A stretch of DNA of 64,000 bases from Minisyncoccota bacterium (GTDB lineage: Bacteria; Patescibacteriota; Minisyncoccia; Phycocordibacterales; VMEP01). Shown one piece after another: positions 17,759 through 27,213 of this stretch. Each line of letters opens with the position of its first letter. Position 1 is the stretch's first letter. The stretch is from NCBI GenBank assembly GCA_041661305.1, contig JBAZUR010000001.1:234101-298100 (forward strand), in the 5' to 3' direction. The notes beneath the pieces were generated by a model. It ran no database searches. It saw only the letters and a program-made list of their open reading frames with translations, and was not told the origin of the DNA. The position numbers and the translations under genes were made by a program.

Positions 17759-18727
17759 TTAAATTTTTTCGAGGATTCTCAATTTGGCACTGCGGGCTCT
17801 TGGATTTTCTTTTGTCTCTTCGTCAGTCGCAATCAATGGTCTTTTTGTAATAATTTTTGCGACACCTTCTTTTGCTTTCTCTTGAAAATATCTCTTCACG
17901 ATTCTGTCTTCGATACTATGAAATGAGATGACGGCCATTCTTCCACTTGCGTTGAGAGCCTCAAATGCCTTTGGTAGCGCATCGTTTAAGGCTCCTACCT
18001 CATCATTCACCGCCATTCGAATTCCCTGAAAAGTACGTGTTGCCGGATGAATCTTTTGTTTCTTTCTTGCGCCGTAAGGAATCGCTTGCTCAATGATTGT
18101 GGAAAGTTCGGTAGTGCTTGTGATTGGACGTGCTTCCCTGTTTTCGATAATCGCTTTGGCAATTCGTCTGGCAAATTTTTCTTCACCGTATGACGAGATG
18201 ATTAGCGTTAGTGTCTCTTCACTCCAACTATTCACTACATCAAGCGCCGTAACCTCTTCTGGTTTTGGCTCTTCGGCAAATGTCATCACTAGTGGTTCAT
18301 CTTGCCTAAAACTGAATCCTCTTCCCGATATTTCTATCTGAGGAGAACTTAGCCCAAGATCAAACAACACTGCATCGATTTTTTCCACGTTCGCATCTTT
18401 CAGTACTAAGTCGAGATTTCGAAAGTTTGTATTAAAAAATTTTATCTCGCCCTTAAAACCAAAATCAGAAAGTGTTGCTTTTGCGCGCGTGATTGCGGCA
18501 CTATCAGCATCAATGCCAATTAGTGTGCCCTTTGCTCCAATCTTTTCTGCAATTGCTTTCGTGTGACCACCAACACCAAGTGTTGCGTCAAGTGCGACAG
18601 CTCCTGCTTTTAGACTGAGACCTTCTATTGCTTCTTGTAAAAGAACTGATACATGTGAGCCCTTAGCTTCGCCCTCTTTTAGCTTATTAGGTTCAGATGG
18701 AGCACCTTTTAATATTTTCTTTTCCAT
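17759..18727 (-). CDS. rsmH: 16S rRNA (cytosine1402-N4)-methyltransferase RsmH (MraW)
   Basis: 322 aa. DATLGVGGHT SAM-binding motif and the FSFRQDEPL family signature. Confidence 0.9.
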   Translation of the reverse strand: MEKKILKGAPSEPNKLKEGEAKGSHVSVLLQEAIEGLSLKAGAVALDATLGVGGHTKAIAEKIGAKGTLIGIDADSAAITRAKATLSDFGFKGEIKFFNTNFRNLDLVLKDANVEKIDAVLFDLGLSSPQIEISGRGFSFRQDEPLVMTFAEEPKPEEVTALDVVNSWSEETLTLIISSYGEEKFARRIAKAIIENREARPITSTTELSTIIEQAIPYGARKKQKIHPATRTFQGIRMAVNDEVGALNDALPKAFEALNASGRMAVISFHSIEDRIVKRYFQEKAKEGVAKIITKRPLIATDEETKENPRARSAKLRILEKI

Positions 18728-18766
18728 GTTTTCCTAATCAGCTAACAGCTAGTTCCTAACAAGCTG

Positions 18767-19222
18767 TTATATTGCCCCTATCTCACCTAACTTCTCTGCC
18801 ATCAAATCTGCCTGCTTACCGATATTTGCTTTGTATTCACCCCAAAGCTTTTCGTTCCAAATCTCGATGCGTCCATAAACGCCCGCGATGACGACCTTGC
18901 TCTTGAGCTCTGCGAAATCTTTTAATGCATCGGGAATCAAAACTCTTCCCAATGAATCAACGTCTGTCTCAAACGCGCTCGAAAGCATAAAACGAGAGAA
19001 GCCACGCATATCTCCTCGTCCTAGTGGTAGCTCGGAAAGTTTATCCGCAAGCTTTTCCCACTGAGGCATGGTGTACACGAAAAGACACTTATCCAGTCCG
19101 TTCGTTATTACCACTTTCTTCCCCACCTCTTTTCTGAACTTGGCGGGCAAAGAAACTCTTTTTTTATCATCCAACGTGTGGACGTATTCCCCTATAAGCA
19201 TGGCTTTTAATTTCGTACCCAT
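18767..19222 (-). CDS. mraZ: Transcriptional regulator MraZ
   Basis: 151 aa. Duplicated MraZ halves (LDDKKRVSLPAKFR and LDSLGRVLIP). Confidence 0.85.
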   Translation of the reverse strand: MGTKLKAMLIGEYVHTLDDKKRVSLPAKFRKEVGKKVVITNGLDKCLFVYTMPQWEKLADKLSELPLGRGDMRGFSRFMLSSAFETDVDSLGRVLIPDALKDFAELKSKVVIAGVYGRIEIWNEKLWGEYKANIGKQADLMAEKLGEIGAI

Positions 19223-19295
19223 CGTTTCCGTTAAATGGCTAAAAACAGAAGCGATGTGGATAAAGTGGGCTAGCTAAAAATTTTCCACTTCATAC

Positions 19296-19312
19296 CACTG
19301 CATACCATTATA
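19296..19312 (-). promoter_or_regulatory. Putative mraZ (dcw) promoter -10 element
   Basis: Minus-strand GGGGTATAATGG, with TATAAT at 19305-19310, about 80 nt upstream of the mraZ ATG. Confidence 0.4.
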
Positions 19313-19416
19313 CCCCACCAGCTACCACTACATAGCAAAGTTATCCACAAAATTACACCAGGAAATAACTTCCATTAAAAGGCAATGGCGCTTCGTTTTT
19401 ATCCTTATGTACAAAC

Positions 19417-19466
19417 AAAAAACCACCCTAGCATTTACGCCAAGGTGGTTTTTTGTTGATAATATA
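19417..19466. terminator. Bidirectional rho-independent terminator
   Basis: AAAAAACCACCCTAGCATTTACGCCAAGGTGGTTTTTTG, with an A-run before and a T-run after. Confidence 0.7.
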
Positions 19467-19786
19467 TTTCCCTAAAATCGCCGGTCTTAAAAGATGAGTG
19501 ATCTTGGGGAAATTATTTGATTTACGCTAAATCAACAGCCTCTGTGGTTTCTTCTGTTGAAGAAGCTTCAGCAACTGTACCTTCGTCTGCAACAACGACA
19601 GTTTCTGTCGTCTCTTCTGTTCCTTCGTTTAAAATAACATCCATAGTAGTTTTTCTAAAAGGTTATCCTGACAATAAAATCCCGATTCGACTGCGTTATA
19701 TTAACACGAAAAAATAAAACACGCAAGTAGGTATTTAGAGGCTTCGCCTCCAAGTGGTTATTTTCTTTTCTAATTAACTAAAATCT

Positions 19787-20446
19787 CTATTTATCGAGCG
19801 TCCAATAATCACCCCTTCCAACAATTTCTAACCTAGAGCCATCTATTTTAATTGCTGTCTCATCGTCGGTGGCATACACTAAAACATTAAACCTTGTTTT
19901 CTCTATATTATTTAAAAATTCTTTTCTTACGTGTTTAAACCACTCAGAATTAAGGTGTGGTATAAAAGCAAAATCATACAATCCCATTGGAGTTCCCTCT
20001 TCGCCACCATAGTCCTCTTCTGGAAATATTTCACTATTTAAATCTTCTGACAAAAAGTGCCCAGCAACCATGCTCCCTGCGCTTATTCCCATGTACACTT
20101 TTGTATTAAGTAACGGTAAAAGAAATTCTCTTATTTTATTTTCTTTAATTATTCTCGATAGATATTTTTCATTTCCTCCACCAAAGCAAATTATGTCTGC
20201 CGCCAAAAAGTGAGGTTCCCAAACCCCTGCCGGTAAAGCAACGTCGATGATGTCAATTGATTTAAAACTATATTTCTGAAAATCTTTTAAATTTTCTATA
20301 ACCCAACCCTTATCATCTATTCCAGGGTTTGCTGCTGTTGGGACAAAAAGAATAGATACTTCTGCTAGTGGTTTACCAACAAGCTCTTCGAGAGCTTTTG
20401 CTATGTGCTCATTTTTTAACCCACTAGAGGTAAGTAATAATCTCAT
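19787..20446 (-). CDS. Peptidase E-like S51 family peptidase
   Basis: 219 aa. Class I glutamine amidotransferase-like fold signature with catalytic Ser in GISAGSMV. Confidence 0.7.
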   Translation of the reverse strand: MRLLLTSSGLKNEHIAKALEELVGKPLAEVSILFVPTAANPGIDDKGWVIENLKDFQKYSFKSIDIIDVALPAGVWEPHFLAADIICFGGGNEKYLSRIIKENKIREFLLPLLNTKVYMGISAGSMVAGHFLSEDLNSEIFPEEDYGGEEGTPMGLYDFAFIPHLNSEWFKHVRKEFLNNIEKTRFNVLVYATDDETAIKIDGSRLEIVGRGDYWTLDK

Positions 20447-20454
20447 TTATTGTT

Positions 20455-21924
20455 TTATTCTCTCGGTCGCATCGTTGGGAACAAAATAACCTCTTTAATA
20501 TTTTTCGTATTTGTCAGAATCATTACTAGTCTATCAATTCCAATTCCAACTCCAGCAGCTGGTGGCATTCCGTATTCCATTGACTCAAGGTAGCTCTCGT
20601 CCGATGGAGAAACTTCCCCTTCTCCAGCACGCTTCTTTTTGTCTTGTTCAACATATCTTTCACGCTGGTCACTTGGATCGTTGAGCTCAGAAAAAGCATT
20701 AACAACTTCAAATCCTCCGACAACAAGTTGGAATCTATCAATAAAATTCTGATTGTCTTCTTTTCGTTTTGCGAAAGGAGAAAATTCTACAGGATAATCA
20801 ACAATGAATGTTGGTTGAATTAGTTTTGGTCGACAGGTTTTTTTATAAATATTGTCGATAATTTTTTCTTTTGCGTCCGAAGGAGCAACATCAATACCAA
20901 GTTGTTTTGCTTTTAAGGATAATTCATCTTTTGTTGCCACTATCAAATCAGGGATAAGGGCGTGTCGCTTTAGCAAATCAGAATAAGAAATAACACTGAA
21001 TGGTTTTCCGAAATCAATTATTTCTTCCCCGTGTTCTACTTGCCCTTTCTTCACAACTTTCTTTGCAACGCGTCTTACAAGCGCTTCAACAAACTTCATC
21101 GCCTTCTTGGCATCACTATATGCCTCATAAAATTCAAGCATCGTAAACTCGGGGTTATGAGTGACATCAATCCCCTCGTTTCTAAAATTACGCCCAAGTT
21201 CAAAAACTTTTCTGAACCCTCCAACCAAAAGTTGTTTCAAATATAGTTCTGGCGCGATACGCAAAAACAAATCAATATCTAGCGCATTGTGGTGAGTTGA
21301 AAAAGGCTCGGCGGTTGCTCCGCCTGCAAGTGGTTGGAGAAGTGGTGTTTCTACCTCAAGAAATCCATTCTCATTAAGCGCTAGACGAATTTCACTTATA
21401 ACCGTTGAGCGAACAATAAAACGATCACGAATTTCTGGTGCCATTAATGTGTCGAGATAACGACGACGGAATCTTTCCTCAACATCCTGTAATCCATGCC
21501 ACTTGTCAGGAAGCGGACGTAAACTCTTTGAAAGCATTCTCCAGTTGGTGACAAGAATTGTTTTTTCTTTTCGTTTCGTTACAAATAAATTTCCAGATAC
21601 TTCGACAAAATCTCCTATATCAACAGTATCTCTAAAAAGCTCAAAGACTGCGTCTTCTATTTCTCCCTTTTTAAGAAGCCCCTGAAACACTCCTGTGCCG
21701 TCGTTTAAATCAAAAAATATTAGCGCACCCTGTCCCCGCACAGACATAATACGCCCAACCAAAGACAATGGTTTCTTGCGCTTGGATAATTTAGAAAATT
21801 GAGTAACCGCCTCAAGAAGTGTGGCATCTACGTTTGAAACGATTGGGTAAGGCAAAACGCCCATCTCCTTCAAGACCGCGAGCTTTTTTAACCTTTCGTT
21901 TCGAATCTCTTCAAGTGAAGCCAT
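20455..21924 (-). CDS. lysS: Lysyl-tRNA synthetase (class II)
   Basis: 489 aa. OB-fold anticodon-binding N-domain, class II motifs 1-3 (FRNEG, GGxxxGxGIDR). Confidence 0.9.
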   Translation of the reverse strand: MASLEEIRNERLKKLAVLKEMGVLPYPIVSNVDATLLEAVTQFSKLSKRKKPLSLVGRIMSVRGQGALIFFDLNDGTGVFQGLLKKGEIEDAVFELFRDTVDIGDFVEVSGNLFVTKRKEKTILVTNWRMLSKSLRPLPDKWHGLQDVEERFRRRYLDTLMAPEIRDRFIVRSTVISEIRLALNENGFLEVETPLLQPLAGGATAEPFSTHHNALDIDLFLRIAPELYLKQLLVGGFRKVFELGRNFRNEGIDVTHNPEFTMLEFYEAYSDAKKAMKFVEALVRRVAKKVVKKGQVEHGEEIIDFGKPFSVISYSDLLKRHALIPDLIVATKDELSLKAKQLGIDVAPSDAKEKIIDNIYKKTCRPKLIQPTFIVDYPVEFSPFAKRKEDNQNFIDRFQLVVGGFEVVNAFSELNDPSDQRERYVEQDKKKRAGEGEVSPSDESYLESMEYGMPPAAGVGIGIDRLVMILTNTKNIKEVILFPTMRPRE

Positions 21925-22089
21925 AATTGGCCAATTATACCGTTTTTAATAAAAAAACGAAAATCATAATGATTTTTTTATAATTATTTATTATTAAGCT
22001 TTTGCATTAAAAAACACACATGTCCGCCCCTGCTGTAAAAGTCGCGCGTCAATGGACGGTCGTGCGACATGATTTCGCCTAAATCATAT

Positions 22090-22220
22090 TCTCGTGCCAC
22101 GCATAATTTCTTGCTAGAAATTAGCTCGGCCCCGACTCGCCTCGTCAGGCTCCGTCTCTCAATTGCTTCACATATCGCAATTGAGCGTCGCACTGCGCAA
22201 TGTTTTTTGAGGGGTATTTT
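22090..22220 (-). repeat. Copy C of the AGCA-loop repeat family (a longer variant)
   Basis: In minus orientation: AAAATACCCCTCAAAAAACATTGCGCAGTGCGACG, then an inserted hairpin CTCAATTGC..GCAATTGAG, then GACGGAGCCTGACGAGGCGAGTCGGGGCCGAGC, then the hairpin TAATTTCT-AGCA-AGAAATTA, then TATGCGTGGCACGAG. Confidence 0.6.
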
Positions 22221-22294
22221 GGTGATATTGAATTCAAAAATACAACTCGCTTGGATTTTAGGAAAACACAGATGAGCCTGCTACAATTTAATAT

Positions 22295-22633
22295 ATGTCA
22301 GAAAAATTCAACCCACAACCAAATGAAAATGAGGTGAAAAATCCCTCAGAAAGGATAGCTGATTTGTCTATACTATTTAGCGAAGCCGAGTCTATTCTCT
22401 CTTCCGAGGGACGAGAGAGCGCAAAGTTATTAACACCTAAAATTTACAATGAATTAATCTCTTTAAACAAAAGGGATAAAGGAGAATATTTAACTTTATG
22501 GGTTTGGAACCCAGATGGAGATTTGAGTGAGGAGGAATTTAACGCCTTAAATCTTAAAAGAAAGTTACTGTCCAACGCCATTGGTATTATGACCGCATCT
22601 GGTGAAGTTAGGCACGACTTAAACGAGATTTAA
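22295..22633 (+). CDS. Hypothetical protein (112 aa)
   Basis: ORF with typical AT-rich codon usage. No recognisable domain. Confidence 0.45.
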   Translation: MSEKFNPQPNENEVKNPSERIADLSILFSEAESILSSEGRESAKLLTPKIYNELISLNKRDKGEYLTLWVWNPDGDLSEEEFNALNLKRKLLSNAIGIMTASGEVRHDLNEI

Positions 22634-22698
22634 ATACAAGTAACACTTTCAGTGGTATCTCGAAAAAAACCAAAGTCTATTGTATTCCTGATACCCCA

Positions 22699-22788
22699 GA
22701 GATACTATAGAAAGACATTGCGCAGTGCGACGGCACGAGCATAGCAAAAACTTAGCAAAGTTTTATGTGTGTCTTTCGATAGTATCTC
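22699..22788 (+). repeat. Copy B of the AGCA-loop repeat family
   Basis: Outer stem GAGATACTATAGAAAGACA / TGTGTCTTTCGATAGTATCTC. Core CATTGCGCAGTGCGACGGCACGAGCATAG identical to copy A. Inner hairpin AAAACTT-AGCA-AAGTTTT, which is compensatory relative to copy A. It is flanked by the direct repeats GTATCTCGAAAAAAA at 22663-22677 and 22779-22793. Confidence 0.7.
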
Positions 22789-22798
22789 GAAAAAAATC

Positions 22799-23257
22799 TT
22801 ATTCTATATCTACGATTTCGTATTGAGTGACTCCTCCTGGAGTTTTGAACTTAACAACTTCTCCTTTTTTCTTACCAAAAAGCGCTATTCCGAGAGGAGA
22901 CATATTTGAAATCTTACCAACAGACATATCTGCTTCCTCAGAACCAACAACCTCAAATTTTTGAGTTACAGAACTTCCTGATTTTTTAACGTGAACAGTT
23001 GAACCAACTTCCACCATATTGCTGTGGTGTTTTTCAATAACAACAGCTGACTTTAGTATTTCCTCAATCTGAGCTATGCGCTCTTCTGTTTTGGCCTGAT
23101 CTTCGCGGGCTTGAAGGTATTCTGCATTTTCCGAAAGGTCTCCAAGAGACTTTGCATATTCAAGTTGTTCCGCAATTTCTTTGCGTTTTGTCCCTTTCAA
23201 GAACAAGACCTCAGCCGATAATTCCTCAATTTTTTGTTTACTTAATTGATATTCCAT
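22799..23257 (-). CDS. greA: Transcription elongation factor GreA
   Basis: 152 aa. N-terminal coiled coil and a C-terminal FKBP-like domain (SPLGIALFGKKKGEVV). Confidence 0.9.
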   Translation of the reverse strand: MEYQLSKQKIEELSAEVLFLKGTKRKEIAEQLEYAKSLGDLSENAEYLQAREDQAKTEERIAQIEEILKSAVVIEKHHSNMVEVGSTVHVKKSGSSVTQKFEVVGSEEADMSVGKISNMSPLGIALFGKKKGEVVKFKTPGGVTQYEIVDIE

Positions 23258-23389
23258 AATTTAATAGTTGCGGTATTGTAGCGAAAAAGTGACCCGAAAG
23301 CAACAAACAGTAAAACTACAAAAGAAATAGCTAGATTAGTAAAATTAGTTCATTTAAACACAATAGAAACTATCCACTAACCAAATTCC

Positions 23390-25075
23390 CTATTTAAAAT
23401 ACTCCGGAGTATTAACTGTCATCCACTCAAGAACCTGACGCATAACATAAAGCCCTCCGATTGTATTTTCATGAGGCCCTCTCTCCATCACCACAACAAA
23501 AGCATAGCGTGGATTTTCGTATGGGAAAAATCCAGTAATCCAAGAGTTAACAAACTGTTTCTGTGCGCCGAGCTCTGCAGTACCGGTCTTTGCCCCAACA
23601 GAAACACCACCCATCTGAAGACCTTTTGCGGTACCCTCATCAACAGCCAACTTCATCCCCTCTCGTATAATCCTAAAATTATCAGCGGAAATAGAAACAA
23701 CTTTCGTTGGAAGATTCTGTTCTCCTGTTGTTATATGTGGGGTATAAAGTTTCCCCCCGTTTGCAACTGCAGCTATAGCGCGCACTAATTGAAGTGGCGA
23801 AACCTGAGAACCATATTGCCCAATCGAAGTATGATACGTGTCGCCTAAAAGCCATTTTGCACCATCGAAATTTTTTTCTTTCCACTCTGGGCTAGGAATG
23901 GTTCCTGCAACCTCTGTCGCAAAGTTAATACCAATTTTCTCGCCAAAGCCAAAAGCTCGCATTATGTTTCCAATCTCCACAACACCCAATCCTTTTTGGT
24001 CCGCATATCCACCGCCGATAGCATAAAAATAAACGTCACTCGAGACAGCGAGGGCTCGCCTTACATCTGTCCATCCATTTGCCCTCCAGTCCTTAAAAAT
24101 AGATGGTTTGTCTGGAAAATACGGATTTGGGATAGAGATGGAGCCAGAAGAATAAATCTGCTTGTTTGGGTCAATTATCTTTTTTTCTAGAGCACCTGCA
24201 GCAAGAAACGGTTTTACGGTTGACCCCGGAGTATACAACCCCGCTGTCACGCGGTTTAGAAATGGTTTATTTTTATTTGAAAGAAGCGCATTTATGATGC
24301 GAGTCTCATCTCCGTTTGAAAGTATTTGGGAGTTATATTCTGGATAACTAGTAAGTGCGAGTATCTCTCCATTATTAACATCTATGATAACCCCCGCCCC
24401 GCCCGTAAAACCAACCTGATTTGAAAGAGCCTCCATACTCTCGTAAAGCTTCGCAGAAACACGTGCGTCAACAGAAAGCGTCACGTTTCCTCCATCAACA
24501 GGAAGCCTCTGTGACACTTCTGATTTTAATTTTCCCGTCACATCTGACTCAACCAATCTGACCCCATTTTCGCCACGCAACATTTCATCAAATTCTCTTT
24601 CTGCACCCTGCTGGCCGGTTATTTCTGTTTGCCAAAAGTTACCACTGGAATCTAGTTTGGGATGACTTACGTAACCAACAAGATGAGCAAGACCGGGCGC
24701 AGTAGAATAGCTACGTTTTGGAAACAAATCATTTTCCCCAATCGTATTCCAAGCCAATTCAGTTTTATTTCGATCATAAATAACCCCCCTCACTGAAAAA
24801 ATCGGGATGTGTTTGAGGTGATTGCGCTCACTTGTTCGAGCGTATTCTTCCCCGAGAGCAACTTGGAACCACCAAACACGACCAACGAAAATCAAACCAA
24901 CCAACGCAAAAAACCCTCCAATCAAAAAAATACTCCCCCTAGAAATTGGCTTTTCAATTCTTCCTTCCATGTGATGAGTATCAAACCCGGGACGGTTCGC
25001 AGAATCTAGAAAAATCTCATCGGGGTCGAAGTTTTTTGAGATTATTGAATTTCTTTTATTTCTTCTAAATATCAT
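23390..25075 (-). CDS. mrdA: Peptidoglycan D,D-transpeptidase MrdA (PBP2)
   Basis: 561 aa. STVKPF (SxxK), SSD, KTGTAE. Lies downstream of mreBCD. Confidence 0.85.
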   Translation of the reverse strand: MIFRRNKRNSIISKNFDPDEIFLDSANRPGFDTHHMEGRIEKPISRGSIFLIGGFFALVGLIFVGRVWWFQVALGEEYARTSERNHLKHIPIFSVRGVIYDRNKTELAWNTIGENDLFPKRSYSTAPGLAHLVGYVSHPKLDSSGNFWQTEITGQQGAEREFDEMLRGENGVRLVESDVTGKLKSEVSQRLPVDGGNVTLSVDARVSAKLYESMEALSNQVGFTGGAGVIIDVNNGEILALTSYPEYNSQILSNGDETRIINALLSNKNKPFLNRVTAGLYTPGSTVKPFLAAGALEKKIIDPNKQIYSSGSISIPNPYFPDKPSIFKDWRANGWTDVRRALAVSSDVYFYAIGGGYADQKGLGVVEIGNIMRAFGFGEKIGINFATEVAGTIPSPEWKEKNFDGAKWLLGDTYHTSIGQYGSQVSPLQLVRAIAAVANGGKLYTPHITTGEQNLPTKVVSISADNFRIIREGMKLAVDEGTAKGLQMGGVSVGAKTGTAELGAQKQFVNSWITGFFPYENPRYAFVVVMERGPHENTIGGLYVMRQVLEWMTVNTPEYFK

Positions 25076-25085
25076 TCTTTTAATT

Positions 25086-25376
25086 TTAATAGAAAGAGAG
25101 ACGACGCTTAAGCCAAGAAATCACAAAGTAAAAAACAGTAGCAAAAAGAGTGGAGACCAAGGGGAAATTGTAAAACTTTTCCTCTGGTATGCCATAAAGA
25201 AGGTCAATTAATAATAATGCAAAAATTCCCTCGAAGTATTTTTCAAATAAAAATAATCCAGCAATGTATAAAACAAAACTACACCACCATGGCGCAAAAA
25301 ATATACTGGAAACAAGAATCGCAAAAAACAAGATTCGAACTCCTAAAATAAATGAAAAAGACTTTTCGTTATTCAT
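25086..25376 (-). CDS. mreD: Rod shape-determining protein MreD-like small membrane protein
   Basis: 96 aa polytopic membrane protein between mreC and mrdA. Confidence 0.5.
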   Translation of the reverse strand: MNNEKSFSFILGVRILFFAILVSSIFFAPWWCSFVLYIAGLFLFEKYFEGIFALLLIDLLYGIPEEKFYNFPLVSTLFATVFYFVISWLKRRLSFY

Positions 25377-25377
25377 T

Positions 25378-26169
25378 TCAATTGATTAGTACCTCAACAA
25401 GTTTTAATTCCTGCATATTAAACGGGGTCTTCAGCAAGATAACCTGAAAAGGGCTTCGTGGATCATTCACAACTGCACCAACCGTAGCAATCAAAAATGG
25501 GTTGAGTCCTAAAGAAACAACTTGTGCATCAACAGGAACATTAACATCCCTCGGAAGAGTAGCTTCAAAATTGCCGTTTCCTAAACCACGTAAAGAGACG
25601 CTTATATTGCCTTCAGATATTAGCCCTGCAGTTATCTTTCCTGGTGAAGAAAACATTTCAACTTTGGAAGTGGCGTCACCAACATTAAAAACTTCGCCAA
25701 CAACCGTACCTCCATATGTCAAAACCTGAGCTCCATTAACTATTCCACTATCAACCCCAACATCAAGGACCATGGTGTCATACGGAGAACGATTTGGTTT
25801 TGCAATTATTGCAGCGAGTACTGATCTTTTTTCAGATTTTCTCCCAAGAATATCCTTGAGTTCTGTGTTTTCCTGTGCCAATCTATCTCGCTCAAGAGAA
25901 AGAAGAGCAAAGCCAACATGTTCTGCTTTTAGGCGTGTATTTTCTTGAGAAAGTGAATTCTTAAACTGTATTGCTGACCAAAAACCAGAAAAGAAACTAG
26001 CAACACCGTCCTTTCCTTCAGAAACCAAAGCCAAAGAATTTTGAGTGCTATTTCCAAGCTGTGCAACAAACCCTTTCGCATAAACACCAGACACCACAAT
26101 GAGAGTGAGGGCAATCACAGGAACAAATACTTTAAAATAATTTTTCTTTTTATCTCGGTGGTAAATCAT
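25378..26169 (-). CDS. mreC: Rod shape-determining protein MreC
   Basis: N-terminal TM, coiled coil, and a C-terminal beta domain. Start placed at the internal ATG to avoid a long overlap with mreB. Confidence 0.8.
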   Translation of the reverse strand: MIYHRDKKKNYFKVFVPVIALTLIVVSGVYAKGFVAQLGNSTQNSLALVSEGKDGVASFFSGFWSAIQFKNSLSQENTRLKAEHVGFALLSLERDRLAQENTELKDILGRKSEKRSVLAAIIAKPNRSPYDTMVLDVGVDSGIVNGAQVLTYGGTVVGEVFNVGDATSKVEMFSSPGKITAGLISEGNISVSLRGLGNGNFEATLPRDVNVPVDAQVVSLGLNPFLIATVGAVVNDPRSPFQVILLKTPFNMQELKLVEVLIN

Positions 26170-27205
26170 CTTGTTTTTCAATAAGAATATCCTGATGGAA
26201 AACAAGGTCTTCCAAAATAATTCCAGTTCCTCTCGCTACAGCCGAAAGAGGATCGTCAGAAATATAAACTGGAATCTTCAAAACGCTATTGAGGTATGGG
26301 GCAAGTCCTTGAATAAGAGCTCCTCCTCCAACCAAGACGATACCACGATTCATAATATCGGATGTAACTTCGGGTGGTGTTCGTTCAAGCACCTCTTTAA
26401 CTGAATCCATCAAATTACCAATGGATGCGGAAATCGCTTCTCTAATGTCAGCGTCGGTGACTATAACTTCGCGAGGTAATCCTGTTATCAAGTCTCGTCC
26501 TTTTATTGATGACTCAATTGTCTCTCCTGTATCGAAAACAGAACCAATTGCAATCTTTACGCCTTCAGCTGTTTTCTCCCCTATCAATATTTTAAACTCA
26601 TCACGCAAATACGAAATAATATCTTCATTCAATCTATCTCCGGCAATTTTCAGATTTTTCGAAGCAACAATACCACCAAGAGAAATGACGGCAATGTCTG
26701 TTGTTCCACCACCAATATCAATAATCATTGAACCAACAGGATCTTTAACAGGAAGACGAATTCCAATCGCTGCAGCCATTGGTTCCTCAACAATGTGCAC
26801 TTCGCGAGCGCCAGCGTTCCTGGTTGCATCATAAACCGCGCGAATCTCCACGTTGGTAATACCGGAAGGCACACCCACAACAACGCGAGGGCGAATTGGT
26901 TTTTTTGCAATACGGTCAGCTTTGTTGATTAGATAAGCAATCATCTCCTCTGTCACTTCAAAGTCAGATATAACTCCATCAACCAATGGACGAATGGCCT
27001 TGATATGCCCTGGCGTACGTCCCAACATTTGCTTTGCTTCCATACCGACAGCAACAACTTGTCCCGTTTTTTGATTAACAGCGACAACAGACGGTTCGTT
27101 GATAACAATGCCGTGCCCTTTCAGATAAACAAGCGTATTTGCAGTACCAAGATCAATACCGATATCGTTTGAGAAAACTGAGTAAATTTTGTCGAATGGT
27201 TTCAT
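26150..27205 (-). CDS. mreB: Rod shape-determining protein MreB
   Basis: 351 aa actin-like ATPase (IGIDLGTANTLVY, DIGGGTTD). Confidence 0.9.
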   Translation of the reverse strand: MKPFDKIYSVFSNDIGIDLGTANTLVYLKGHGIVINEPSVVAVNQKTGQVVAVGMEAKQMLGRTPGHIKAIRPLVDGVISDFEVTEEMIAYLINKADRIAKKPIRPRVVVGVPSGITNVEIRAVYDATRNAGAREVHIVEEPMAAAIGIRLPVKDPVGSMIIDIGGGTTDIAVISLGGIVASKNLKIAGDRLNEDIISYLRDEFKILIGEKTAEGVKIAIGSVFDTGETIESSIKGRDLITGLPREVIVTDADIREAISASIGNLMDSVKEVLERTPPEVTSDIMNRGIVLVGGGALIQGLAPYLNSVLKIPVYISDDPLSAVARGTGIILEDLVFHQDILIEKQDDLPPR

Positions 27206-27213
27206 TTAATTAT

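Noticed and set aside
19281-19340. ACCAC/ATACCA-rich stretch (TTCCACTTCATACCACTGCATACCATTATACCCCACC)
   Set aside because: It reads on the minus strand as the mraZ promoter region (GGGGTATAATGG). The low-complexity repeats are short and imperfect. It is not treated as a separate repeat element.
22090-22220. CUGACGAG in copy C as a hammerhead ribozyme core
   Set aside because: Only one copy has CUGANGA. No GAAA or stem III is in the right position. The other family members read GUGACGG.
21984-22275. ORFs 21984-22193 (-) and 22069-22275 (+)
   Set aside because: Both lie within repeat copy C. The sequence there is better explained by conserved RNA-like secondary structure than by coding.
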